DNA of 62,931 nt, filler included, from Octopus bimaculoides (lineage: Eukaryota): NCBI RefSeq assembly GCF_001194135.2. It is 6 parts of 5 records of this genome, joined end to end, with 100 filler letters (N's around TTAATTAATTAA, not from the genome) between each part and the next. Parts side by side here need not be neighbours in the genome. Positions count along the whole stretch, not along the records: positions 17,396 to 43,998 come from NC_068993.1; positions 44,099 to 51,598 come from NC_069005.1; 4 more parts are not named here. One strand, written 5' to 3'. The notes beneath the pieces were generated by a model, which worked only from the letters and a program-made list of their open reading frames with translations, made no database searches and had not been told where the DNA came from. A program made the translations under genes and the position numbers. Shown here in pieces: positions 36,347-48,499 of the stretch (positions within the stretch are counted from its first letter, which is position 1; the number at the start of each line of letters is the position of its first letter).

Positions 36347-37525
36347 GATTTTGACGTATGGGATATCAAAAGATTCAGTAGTCTTTCGCCTACCAAATAA
36401 ACTTTACTTTCATCCACATATTTGCATTTCAAAAGTTTAACATTACAATCTTTCCATAAGTCAACTATCGTAAACATTTTATAACACCACCACCACCACC
36501 ACCACCACCAAGACGTCACATATTCTACATTCGTGTGTATGTGTCTGTGAATGTGTGTGTTTGCGCGTTCGTTAGTACTTTAGGCCGATGACTGAGAAGT
36601 ATATGCGTGTAAGTGTATGTGACGATCTAGGTGTGTGTGAATATACATACATTTTTGTGACGACTGACACACACACATCTAAAGAGATAGTTACACAGAC
36701 AGAGAGACGGAGATATGCATGAGGTGTGTATGAATGTATTTCTCTCTCTCTCTGTCGGTCTTAGTATATGTATGTGAGTGTATGTCAGACTGTATGTGTG
36801 TGCGACTGTATGTGTGATAATTTTTATACGTTAGATAATTAAACACACGCACATCTACATATACATACACATATGTGTATAAGTGTGTACGTGTGTGTGT
36901 GTGTGTGTGTGTGTATGTGTTTGTGTGCGTATGTGTACGTGTGTGTGCGCGTGTATGCTCCTTATGCATTCGAGAACTTAAGTTGCCGATTTTGACGTAT
37001 GGAGTATCAAAAGATTCGGCAATCTTTCGCCTACCAAATAAACTTTATTTTCATTTACATATTTGCATTTCAAAAATTTAACACTATAATCTTTCTATAA
37101 GTTTACTATCGTAAGCGACATTTTATACCACCACCACGACGTCACATATTCTATCTGCGTGTGTATGGGTCTGTGAATGTATCTGTGTTTGCGCATTCGT
37201 TACGTACTTTAGGCTGATGACTGAAAAGTATGTGTGTGTGAGTGTATGTGACGATGTATGTGTGTGTGGATATACATTTTTGTGATGACTGACACACACA
37301 CACCCACACATGCACACACACCTAAAGAGAGAGAGACACACACAGAGGGACAGATTTATGCTGAAGGTGTGCGTGAATATATGGGTCTCTGTGTCTGTCT
37401 TATTATACGTATGTGAATGTTTGTTAGACTGTATGTGTGTGCGACTGTATGTGTGATAATTTTTATACGTTAGGCCTCAGACATTCAATACACACACACA
37501 TCTACACATACATATATGAATGTAT
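36347..37525 (+). repeat. Diverged direct duplication (~530-bp units, ~640-bp period)
   Basis: Units start gattttgacgtatgg at 36347 and 36988 and stay collinear to about 36878 and 37525. Confidence 0.9.
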
Positions 37526-37559
37526 ATGTTCTGTGAGTGTCTGTGTGTTTCCGCGTTCA

Positions 37560-38360
37560 TTATGTCTATAGTAAACTATAGTAAATGACATCTTACGTCG
37601 TTTTAATGAGTCCACAACTAATGAAGTAGCCATGAAAATCGTGATATTCTTATTTGTGCTCGAGATAACAACTTTAAACGCGTTTCAGAAACTCATCCTT
37701 CTTATGATGTTCTCCAGTTTCCTCTAATTTTGTGGAATGGACAAGACGGGTATCATTTCAATATTTCACAGATTGAACCTGCAGCACATTTACAAACAAT
37801 TACAAACAAAAAGGTGTTGTCAAATGACTTCTATTCTTACCAACTTATGTTAAGAACAGAACAATCAAATCAATTACACGTGTATCGAGATCTATTTCAG
37901 CAATACTTGGTTGGTGTGTATACTGAAGTTGAGAGTGAGCGTCTCCTCTATATTGGTAACAATCAAAAATAGTTAAGGGCTGAAAATTATGTTCATCTCT
38001 AAGATGCCCTGAGCACACATGGTGATATTCAAAATATGGAGCAACTTATAATCCCCCCATCATCATTCACAGGTGGTCCTCGATATATATACACAAGATG
38101 CTATGACATATGTCAGGACATATGGAAAACCAGATATTTTTGTCACCTCCAAGACATAAAAACGATGGCACGCTCATGAGAGGAGTAACAATTCTTTTTG
38201 GAGGAGATTTCCGTTAAACGTTGCCAGTTATCCCCAAAGGATCAAAAGTTGATGAGGTCAATGTATGCTTTAAAAAATCGTAAAACTTCATCTTACAAGC
38301 AACATGAGAGTACTTCTAGAAGGTAATCATACGAGCTTCTAATGATTGGTAATGGGATGT
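37560..38360 (+). pseudogene. Helitron Rep/helicase remnant, part 1
   Basis: WNGQDGYHF, FYSYQLM.R, LFQQYLV, LRAENY, SSFTGGPRY, then the PIF1 motif GGDFR..LPVIPKG and L.IGNG. Confidence 0.85.
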
Positions 38361-41300
38361 TGTTGCGGTGAAATCCAGGTACCCTTGTGGGATAGCAAGT
38401 GAACTATCCTAAATCTTATAAAAACGCATGTGTACTGAGAGTGCGATGTACAGCGTGGCGTGTTTAGTAGCATTTGTGAAGGCAGTCGTAGAAGTCGTTG
38501 AGAAGAGATATAAATTTGTTACGTGTCTGTTACTGATTTAGTTTTTGTAATGTTATAATACTTTTACAGTGCAGTCTATATCGAAACTCAATGATATAAG
38601 AGTGGTGGCGAGACATTCGAAACTCCCCGTGGACGTTCTTAGCATGGAAGACCTATTAGCTTCCCTGGTACAGTTGCAACAGCAACTAAAACAACAACAG
38701 CAAGAACAACAACAACAACAGCAACAGTTGCAACGGCAACTACAACAGCAACAAGAACAACAGAAACAGCAACAACAGGTACAACAGCAACTACAACAAC
38801 AACAGCAAAATCAACAGTTGTTGGCATTGTTGTAGCGGTCCAAAAACACTTCAGGTACGTTTTCAGCAGACGGGATTGCTAATTCAATTGAAGAATTTAC
38901 TTATACTCCAGAAGAAGGGATTACGTTTTCTGCATACTTCAGAGGGTATGAAGGAATCTTCGAAGAAGAATGTAGAAACTGGATAGACGAAAAGAAGGTA
39001 CGACTTCTTTTAAGGAAATTATCACCCACAGAACATGAAAAGTATTGTAATTACATCCTGCCGAGAAAACTATCCGAAATTTGTTTTGAGGAAACAATTA
39101 ACCCGTTATCTAAAATATTCAGTGAAAGAAGTTCACTATTTAATATTTGCTGGGATTGGTTGAATTTGGAAAAAAATGAAACCGAAAATTTCGTCACGTA
39201 TGCCGGAATCGTAAACAGAGAATGTGAAAAATTTAAACTAAACGAATTAACCCCGGACATGTTCAAATCTCTAATCTTGGTACAAGGATTAACTGCAAGC
39301 AAAGATGCAGAGATACGGGCTCGGATATTGACAAAACTAGAGCACGATTCGAAGCTAACTCCACAGGCAGTAGCTGAAGAAAACCAAAGGATTATAAATT
39401 TATGACAGGACGCATATATTATTCAAATATATGTGTCGACCTGTAACAGATAAGAAAAAAGAAAAACAACAGTCAAGACCCAAACCATGCTATGGGTGAG
39501 GAGAAATACATTTTAAAAGAAACTGTCCTTTTAAAAATCTAAAATGTTTTGGATATGGAAAAATCGGACATAAGAATTCACATTGTTGGGTGAGACAAAA
39601 AAGGTCGAATGAAAAAATTCGAGAAAAAATGTATTGCCAATACAAATGCAAAGCGAGGCCTAAAAAAGGAAATTTGTGTCCATAAAAATAAATAATGTGA
39701 ATACGAGACTGCGGTTGCATATAGGTAGTGATATCACGATAATTAACGATGACACATGCAGAAAAATAGGAAAGCCTACATTGAAAAAAACTTCGAGAAT
39801 TGCGCAAGGTATTTCAAGGAAACAATTGCGATTTTTGGGCGAAATGATGAGTGAAATGACATTTCATGGAAAAACTTTGAAAGCAAAAGTTCTTGTATTA
39901 AAAAATACGACAGACCTATTAGGCAAAGACTGGAGGTAACCTCCCCATAAATATTTTTTGTTATAATGTAAACAGTTCTTACGTCAGGTCAGATAAGGCG
40001 TCGGAGGTTTTAAAAAAGAAATTAAAAAAGATTTTTCCTGATGTTTTTTTCTGAAGAATTAGGTAGGTGCACCAAGACAAAAGTAAAATTTCAAGTGAAA
40101 GAAAACGCTGTACTGGATTTTAAACCGAATCGAGCTGTACCTTTCGCGGAGTTGAATCAAGTCAACGGGGAAGTGGATAGACTTGAAAAGTTTGTAGTTA
40201 TAGAAAAAATTGATAATCCAGAATGGGCATCACCAACTGTTTATGCGCTGACTTTTCAACAGGCTTGAACGAATATTTGATGACATACAATTATCAATTA
40301 CCATGTTCAGAGGAAATTTTTTGCGAAATGGAGGACAATTTTTTTCGAAGTTAGACTTTACAGTTACACGTCGAGGAGGAATGTTCGAAATTATTAAAGA
40401 TAAACACCATAAAGGTTTATATAAATTCAGTCGACTTCCTTTTGGGATAAAGGTGGCATCTGGTATTTTCCAACAGGTGATGGACACTATGCTTGCGGAT
40501 ACGGATTTCGCTAGAGATTACTTGGATGATATACTCATAAAAAGTGAGTCTCGAGGCCAGCATGAGGAACATTTTAAAAGGGTCCTTAAAAGAATAAATA
40601 AGTATGGATTTAAACTTAACGAGTAAAAATGCGAACTTTCCATGCCAGAAATAAAGTATCTAGAGCAAGTTATCGATAAAAATAGTCGCAGGCCAGATTC
40701 TTCAGGATCGAAGAAATAAAAAAGTTTTAACATCAGAACTGTCATTATCGCACTTTGAACCAAATTTAAAAACAGTAGTATCATCAGATCTTAGCGAAAG
40801 TGGTATAAGAGCGGTAATTTTACACAAGTATGAAAATGGTGGCCTAAAACCCATCACTCATACTTCAAGTTCATAGTTGGCGGCTGAAAAAAACTACAGT
40901 CAAATTGAGAAGGCGGTGTTAGCCATTATTTTTGCCGTGAAAAAATTTCACAAATTCATACATGGAAGGAAATTCAGTCTGCGGCCAGATCACCGCCCAT
41001 TGTTATCAATTTACGGATCGAAAAAGGGTATCCCCACACATACAGCCAATCGATTGCAGCGCTGGAGGACGATCCTGCTAAATTATGACTTTAAGATGGA
41101 ATTTCTACCATCTAAAAAACTGGAATGGTCTGTCAAGATTGATACGTGAATACAATAAACCGTTAGAAGACACAATAATAGCGGCATTAAAAGCTGAAAT
41201 CGAAATAAAAAAGAATCTACTCTGCAACGTAGTATGCGAACTACCTGTCACTTTAGAGGAAATGAAAATCAAAGCAGAGAAGGATGTGTTCATAATAAAA

Positions 41301-42758
41301 ATGAAAAACATAGTGAAGTCAGAGACAAATACAAAAACTCATGTAGCCGAGCGTAACACACTTTTGAAATGGTATCCTATATTTGATGACGTACTTTTGT
41401 ACGCTCAGAGGTAATACCTGTTTCTTTGCAAAATTGTATGCTTAAAGAATTTCACATGAGGCAACCAGGGATCGTGAGAATGAAAGCACTGATGAAGAGC
41501 TACATCTACTGGCCGAATATGGAACAGGATATTGAAAAATTGGTGAAAGCCTGCAGGGATTGAGCCCTGGCAGCAAAAGCACCACCTATAAAAAATCAGA
41601 CTTGGCCCGAGACTGACATACCTTGGTCCAGATTACACATAGACTTCCCTAATAGTTGTCGATAGTTACACGAAATGGCCAGAAATATGTAAATGTATGA
41701 AGCTAACCTCCAAAGTAACAATGGAAATTCTGGACGAACTTTTTGCACGATATGGCGTCCCAGACACTATAGTGTTTGATAACGGAACACAGTTCACGTT
41801 CAAAATTTTTTTTAACTTTTGCAAAATGCATGCAGTGGAGCATATTACTAATCCGCCATACCATCCGAGATCGAATGGACTAGCGGAACGTTTTGTAGAC
41901 AAGTTTAAGAGGGCGCTGAAAAAAATCTAAGAATGAGCTACTAGCTGATACTGCATTGATGCAATTCTTAGGTGTCTACCGAATAACACCTAATCCCAAC
42001 ACCAGATATGTCGTCAACTGAACTAATGTTCTCCAGGAAAGTCAGGTCAGTGTTTGACAAATTACTACCGGGAAGAAAAGAAAAAAGGACTGAAACACTG
42101 AAAATAAGATAAACTACTTCAAAATCGGTGACAAGGTGTTTTTTAAAATATACAGAAATGGAAAGAAAAGTTGGGAAGAATGTATAATAAGTAAACGTTT
42201 AGGAAAATAGCGTACATGGTAAAAGGCCATACGTGGCAACACAAAAGACATTTAAACCAACTGAAAAAAGGTCTACGGAAGAAAAAATAAGACATAAAGA
42301 ACCAATGGAATTTCTTTATGACATTTTTGACACTCGAACCAACGAGTGCATCGACTAGGAAAAGAAAACAAACAGAACTTTTGCAAAGTAGCACCAAAGC
42401 GACAAAAATGTTCCAATGTCTTCTCGGGAAATTAAGTAAAGAAGGGAGGAGAGGTGGTAATAAATATATAATAAATAAAAGAAAAATATTGACTCCCAAG
42501 GAAAGTCAAGCTCAAAAAAGGGAAGTGTTGTGGTGAAATCCTGATATCTTGGTGGAATAGCAAGTGAACTGTCCTAAATCTTATAAAGGCGTATGCGTAC
42601 TGACAGTGCGATGTACAGTGTCATTTGCATTTACGAAGGCAGTAGCAGAAGTCGTTGAGTAGAGATATAAATTTGTTACATGTTTGTTACTGATTTAGTT
42701 TTGGTAGTGTTATAACACTGTTACAGTGTAGTCTATATCCCAACCCAAGAATATAAGA
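38361..42758 (+). mobile_element. Full-length decayed Ty3/gypsy LTR retrotransposon (K02A2.6-like pol)
   Basis: LTRs at 38361-38601 and 42526-42758; TGG PBS-like after the 5' LTR; PPT aaaaaagggaag; TSD gatgt/gatat; gag, protease (G.DITII), RT (YLDDILI), RNase H (YSQIEK..LAIIF, DHRPL) and integrase (GIVRMKAL, YHPRSNGLAERFV) in gypsy order, with stops. Confidence 0.95.
38643..39405 (+). pseudogene. gag with N-terminal poly-Gln tract
   Basis: MEDLLASLVQL(Q-rich ~45 aa)LLALL* then continues in frame as RSKNTSG...FSAYF..YE.IF...LLLRKL. One internal stop. Confidence 0.85.
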
Positions 42759-43225
42759 GATATTAACAGTCAACCCAAGAAACATGAAATTGCCTGCGAT
42801 CAAATGATACTTTCTCTGAGGGATCTTATGAATAAAAGTATTTCCTAATTTATTTGTCAATTACACTGATGTAAACTGGCTGTGTGAAAGAGCTATAATG
42901 GCTCCAGGTAATGAAATGGTTGATAAACTCAATCATGAACGTCTTCACTAGTTAACAGATACATCAGAAATGAATTTCCGATCAACTGACAACAGTCGAT
43001 CAAGATTAGGTTATTCAATACCCTGTTGAATTTCTGAACACAAGTAAACCCACTGGGATGCCATTTCGTAACTTGATGCTAAAACTGGGTACTCCTATTA
43101 TGTTGCTTAGTGATTTTGACCCATCTCACCTGTGTAATGGAACTCGCTTCATTGTCCAACAGGCAACAATCATAATAGGTAGTCACAAATGAGAAGATGT
43201 TTTTATTCCAAAAATTCCTTTACGT
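42759..43225 (+). pseudogene. Helitron PIF1 helicase remnant, part 2
   Basis: [27 protein letters not shown]...P.GMP...L.LKLG.PIMLL, LCNGTR, VFIPKIPL. Confidence 0.9.
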
Positions 43226-43945
43226 TTGCTTTAAGGTGTAGCGCCCCATATATCGTCATCAACACATTCTCGTCCTTCTATCCAGTGTTGATATTTCCTT
43301 CATAGTCCATTTGAGGATGGACGTACTATATCTGACCACCGCAACTGCCCAGTTAATTAATTGCGGTAATTAAATTTTTGGCATTCAGGTTGGATTTCAA
43401 CACCATCTTCACCCTTTTTTGATACGCCTCGCTGACCTTGACTTTCATTTCTCTTTGTAGAATATCATCCAGTTCCAAAATCCCTAAATATCTATAGCCA
43501 CAACCGTCGGGTTCACCCATGGTCTCTCCTGATGGTAGCCGCAATCCTCTGCAAGCTGCTTTCTTCCTTCTTTACATATTAAGTACTGAGCATTTGGTAA
43601 TCCCAAATTCCATATCGATGTCTCTACCACACTTCTGGACTGTTTATTATTATTGTTGTTGTTGTTGTTGTTGTTATTATTATTATTATTTTATGTTTGA
43701 CTTCTGCTTTGCATTTGTACAAGTTGGATCCAAGTCTCACACAGAGACCTCAAGAGACAACAAGTTAGAAGTTCATGTAGGTGTTATGCCTAGGGTACCA
43801 TATATTTGAATTTGTACAGTGTTGTTCTAGAGAATGTTTCTCTGTTTATTTCTTTTGCATTTAGTTTAGCCCAGTATTTACCATGTAGGGGCTTTTCTTC
43901 CCATCGTTTTATCATGGTCCGTTGCTGTTCTAGTTTTAGTTTGGA
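43226..43945 (-). mobile_element. RLE-type (R4/Dong-like) LINE fragments
   Basis: MEFGITKCSVL, YRYLGILE.D, SNLNAKNLITAIN and WEEKPLHGKY motifs. Confidence 0.75.
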
Positions 43946-44099
43946 TTTCATTTGTTTTATAGCTTCTTCTTCTTCTTCTTCTTCTTCTTCTTCTTCTTNN
44001 NNNNNNNNNNNNNNNNNNNNNNNNNNNNNNNNNNNNNNNNNNTTAATTAATTAANNNNNNNNNNNNNNNNNNNNNNNNNNNNNNNNNNNNNNNNNNNNT

Positions 44100-44171
44100 A
44101 GTAGTTTCGGAGGTGGTGGCGGCGGTGAAAAAGATAACAGGCGGAGGCGACGACGACGACGATGGTGGTGG

Positions 44172-44216
<45 letters not shown>

Positions 44217-44690
44217 CGATGCTGTTGATGAAGATGACGACGAGGGCGACAATGACGGCAACGACGACGACGATGATGATGATGTTGATGATCATGATGA
44301 TGATGACGACAATATTGTTGATGATGGTGATGATGATGATGATGATAAGAATGGGGGAGCGGTCGTCGTTGTGACGCATTTGATAGTGACACTGGTACAG
44401 GATGTTGTCGGCGTTGTCCTGGTGACGATAACGAAGGTTATAATTACGTAGAAGGGAGAGAGGGGGATGATGGTTGGAGGGAAAGAAGGAAGGAAGAAAG
44501 AAAGAAAGAAAGAAAGAAGGTCGAGAACAAGAACAACAGCAAAAACAAAAAGCAACAAAAACAAGAAGAAGAAGAAGAAGAAGAAGAAGAAGAAGAAGAA
44601 GAAGAAGAAGAAGAAGAAGAGCAGCATGAGCAGTAGCAGCAGCAGCAGCAACAACAACAACAACACTGACAGCAATAGCAGCAAGTATAA
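44100..44690. repeat. Compound (GAT)n/(GAC)n/(AAG)n/(CAG)n microsatellite field
   Basis: Direct reading. Confidence 0.95.
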
Positions 44691-45266
44691 GATGAACGAG
44701 AACACAAAGAGGCAGACGAAATAAAAGAAGCCTTGTCGCAGATATCTCTCTGCCCCACGTGACAGATCTCACACGGCTGCATTATTTTTTGCTGAGATCT
44801 CTCTTGTTATATGAGAGGTGTGGCCATATTGAGGGAAGGTTTTTATGGCCGAAAGATAGAGAAAAAAGGTTAGTTAAACAGACCTCGCCATATCGTTATC
44901 ATTTAGGCGTGTGTTTGTGTATGTGCGTGTGCGTATGTGTGTGTGCTTGTGTGTGTGGGGGGTGGGGGTGAGCGTGCATCTGTCAGCTTGCTGCCTTGGG
45001 TATATATGCAAACATATATGTCTGTATGTATTTATGAATGCACGTGATATATGTGTGCGCCTGTGCGTATACATATACACCGTGCATGTGCGAATTTGTG
45101 TAGTTGGGTGCGTGCGTGTGTGTTTGTGTGTGTGTCCATGTGTGTGTGTGTGGAGCTAGCTATCTTTGCATCCTACTTGACGTACATACACCACTGAAAG
45201 ACATGATGCTGTGAACTTAGAAAGAAAAATCTCTTTAAAGACATGTGTTAAAAACACACTATACAT

Positions 45267-45486
45267 ACGTGAGAGTGCTGAAAAGTTCCTGGCTTTAAGT
45301 GTATATCGGAAGGCCTAGTTTGAAGCCCAACCTTCTGAGTTCTTTTACAGGGCTTAGAAAAACTGAAACATCGCTGCAATATGTGTGTGAATCTGAGAAG
45401 GGAATATGTTGTATAAAATCGAAATTAACTGATCCTCCTGTATTTTCTTTTACCCAAAGTCAGAAACTTTGCATCACCCTCTAGTA
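45267..45486. mobile_element. Mariner-type MITE (~220 bp)
   Basis: TA-flanked imperfect TIRs: tacgtgagagtgctgaaaagttcctggcttt and aaagtcagaaactttgcatcaccctctagta. Confidence 0.7.
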
Positions 45487-46067
45487 TGTACATATGGTGA
45501 TTGTTCCACCTTCACAGATGATTGCCGTCTCCACGTACTTCCTCGTTGTCAAAGGCATCTCCGACTTTCCATCCACGATCTCCCAGATGACTATTCAGTC
45601 CCGTTGCAGATCCGCAGACAAAAGTTGTAATTTACTCTGCGCCTCCAACTGGTTAGGTCTTCATACGTCATCACTCTTCTGTCGTCTTAGGACTTTCAGC
45701 AGATGGGACGACAAATGGATCACCGTAAAGAGACACTCGTATACTCCCGAATTATTGTAACAAATGCTTCTACAACACGGTTACCCTTCTCTGAACTTCT
45801 GTGCTTGCTCTGGGTAAGACATTACACGGTATCCAGCTGTTGGGCTCCTACTTCGGGAGTTCCTGCGCTTTGTGAAGTGAGGAAGCACTTTTACATCACT
45901 GTTGTCCCGTGCTAGGTCTGCTCTGACCCGGAGTAGTAGCACCTGCCAGGGTCCTAGCTGCAGGTTAACTAGTATATGGGATGAGAATCCATCTGAGTGC
46001 GGGGACGCAGAAATACCCTTGGTTGGTGTCAGGGTGTGCAGTAAAGCCACTGGGAGTGCAAGACCCA

Positions 46068-46243
46068 GAGACTGAGAGTGCAGGATCCCGAGACTGGGAG
46101 GGCGGGACTCCGAAACTGAGAGTGCGGGACACCGAGACAAGGAATGCGGGGCACCGAGACTGAGAGTGCAGGACTCCGAAAATGAGAGTGCGGGACTCCG
46201 AAACTGAGAGTGCTGGACTCCGAAACTGAGAGTGCGGGACTCC
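46068..46243. repeat. GC-rich minisatellite, 8 x 22 bp
   Basis: Unit ga(a/g)actgagagtgc(g/a)ggactcc; 176 bp. Confidence 0.95.
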
Positions 46244-47271
46244 TATCTGTTGCTAGCACATCATTCTAGTAATGGGACACACTGATGTAAAACCTACGGT
46301 TTCATGAGATTACAGGTCATCTCATTTCAGCCTGTTACTTGGTGCTATATATACAGAGAGTGAGTGGGGAGGGATGGAGAGAGAGAGAGAGAGAGAGATC
46401 CAACAAAGTAGGTAGAATCAACCAAACAATACTGTCAGCCAAAGACTACAGCATCCCTGCCGGATAGGCTCGGCTAACAGATCTTCCAGGGTCTGTAGAT
46501 TTGGTCTGTAACCGACAATGCCTCCTCCCTCTCACACACTGTAATGCCAGACTAGGGATTACTGTAAATTATCCATAGATGTTAGATCGAAATTTCCCGT
46601 CGTTGCAAACAGTTTTCCCGAGAACGCTATCGTTTTTCTCCACCATGTCTTCTACAGAATGACAATGTGGCAAGTTCCGCTTTCTACTTTGCGAGATAAT
46701 TAGGGAAACGTGAGCGTTTGATAACAATCCCGATGCCAAGCGCGCGGGTGTGGCCTTCGCTTGGTTTTATTTCCCTTCCCTTTGTTCGGTCAACTTTCAA
46801 GGAAACGAGTTATGGAAAGACTTGCCTCTCATTAAGCAACCACATCTGTTCACCATACAGAAGTCTCTGTAGATACTGCAGCCCCCCCCCCCNNNNNNNN
46901 NNNNNNNNNNNNNNNNNNNNNNNNNNNNNNNNNNNNNNNNNNNNNNNNNNNNNNNNNNNNNNNNNNNNNNNNNNNNNNNNNNNNNNNNNNNNNNNNNNNN
47001 NNNNNNNNNNNNNNNNNNNNNNNNNNNNNNNNNNNNNNNNNNNNNNNNNNNNNNNNNNNNNNNNNNNNNNNNNNNNNNNNNNNNNNNNNNNNNNNNNNNN
47101 NNNNNNNNNNNNNNNNNNNNNNNNNNNNNNNNNNNNNNNNNNNNNNNNNNNNNNNNNNNNNNNNNNNNNNNNNNNNNNNNNNNNNNNNNNNNNNNNNNNN
47201 NNNNNNNNNNNNNNNNNNNNNNNNNNNNNNNNNNNNNNNNNNNNNNNNNNNNNNNNNNNNNNNNNNATATA

Positions 47272-47319
<48 letters not shown>

Positions 47320-47779
47320 AGTCTGTGTGTATGTATGTATGTACGTATATATACTCGAGGAAGGAAGAGATAAGGAAGTAGATAAACAGAACAGTCCAAC
47401 TAGTGTTGTCGTAAATCCCACCCTAATATTTTTGTGTGTATTTATAAGTATATCTATGACCCGACGAGCGAGCTTCGACTTAGTCTACTTATCAGAAATA
47501 GCAGCCATTTTATCACAATGCTCAAACAGCCGTCCTATGCCTGCATGTGTGTATTTGTGGGTGTAAGCGCGCGCGCGTCTGTGTGTGCTTAGCGACAAAG
47601 GAGTTGTTCTAGAAATAGCAGCCAGTTATCCCACAGATGTCATTCTGCTGTCTCATTTATAAGTATCGACGTATATGTGATTGCACTGCTTCAGTACCCG
47701 ACCGAGTATCAACGGGTACCTTTCCTACTATATGTATATGCTGAGACATATATATGTGAGTGTCTATGCATAGGCCTAG

Positions 47780-48365
47780 GCTTCTCTGTGTGGTAAGAGA
47801 CTTGCTTCCCAACCACATGGTTCCGGGTTCAGTCCCACGGTGTGGCACCTTCGGCAAGTGCCTTCTACTACAGCCTCGGGTCGATCAAAGCCTAATGAGT
47901 GGATTTGTTAGACGGAAACTGAAAGAACCCCGTCGTGTATATATGTGTGGGGGGTGTATTTATGTCTGTGTATGTCTTTATGTCTGTGTATGTCTTTATG
48001 TCTGTGTTTACATCACCGTAACTTAGCGTTCCGGCAAAATTGATTGACAGAATAAGTACTAGCAGAAACGTTAGCACGCCGGGCGAAATGCTTAGCTGTA
48101 TTTCGTTTGCCGTTACGTTCTGAGTTCAAATTCCGCCGAGGTCTACTTTGCCTTTCATCCTTTCGGGGTCGATAAATTAAGTACCAGCTACGCACTGGGG
48201 TCGATGTAATCGACTTAACCCATCTGTTTGTCCTTGTTTGTCCCCTCTATGTTTAGCCCCGTGTGGGCAATAAAGAAATAAGAATAAGTACTAGGCTTGG
48301 GCCTATTTCTTCGACTAAAATCCTTTAAGGCGGTACTCCAGCATGGCCGCAGTCAAATGACTGAA
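47780..48365 (+). mobile_element. CORE-type SINE containing a nested family-2 SINE (48063-48280)
   Basis: The inner SINE is flanked by the exact 14-bp TSD agaataagtactag at 48049-48062 and 48281-48294. Confidence 0.9.
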
Positions 48366-48499
48366 ATAAGGATTGCGTCTTACTTCCGAAAAACTACAAG
48401 AGGAAATGTCAGAGGTAAGTCGCAATCCTTATTTCACTAAGGCACACTTTAACAGCTCACTGGATTTTTATTTATTTCATTTTATATTTAACCTATTAG

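Noticed and set aside
44047-44782. Poly-D, poly-H, poly-K, poly-L and poly-S ORFs
   Set aside because: Pure trinucleotide microsatellites that are open in many frames, with no splice or homology evidence.
46068-46243. 22-bp array as a CRISPR or ribozyme array (contains CTGAGAG and GAAAC)
   Set aside because: Units are contiguous with no spacers, there are no cas genes, and the context is eukaryotic. CTGAGAG is not CUGANGA, and the triplet would be GUG.
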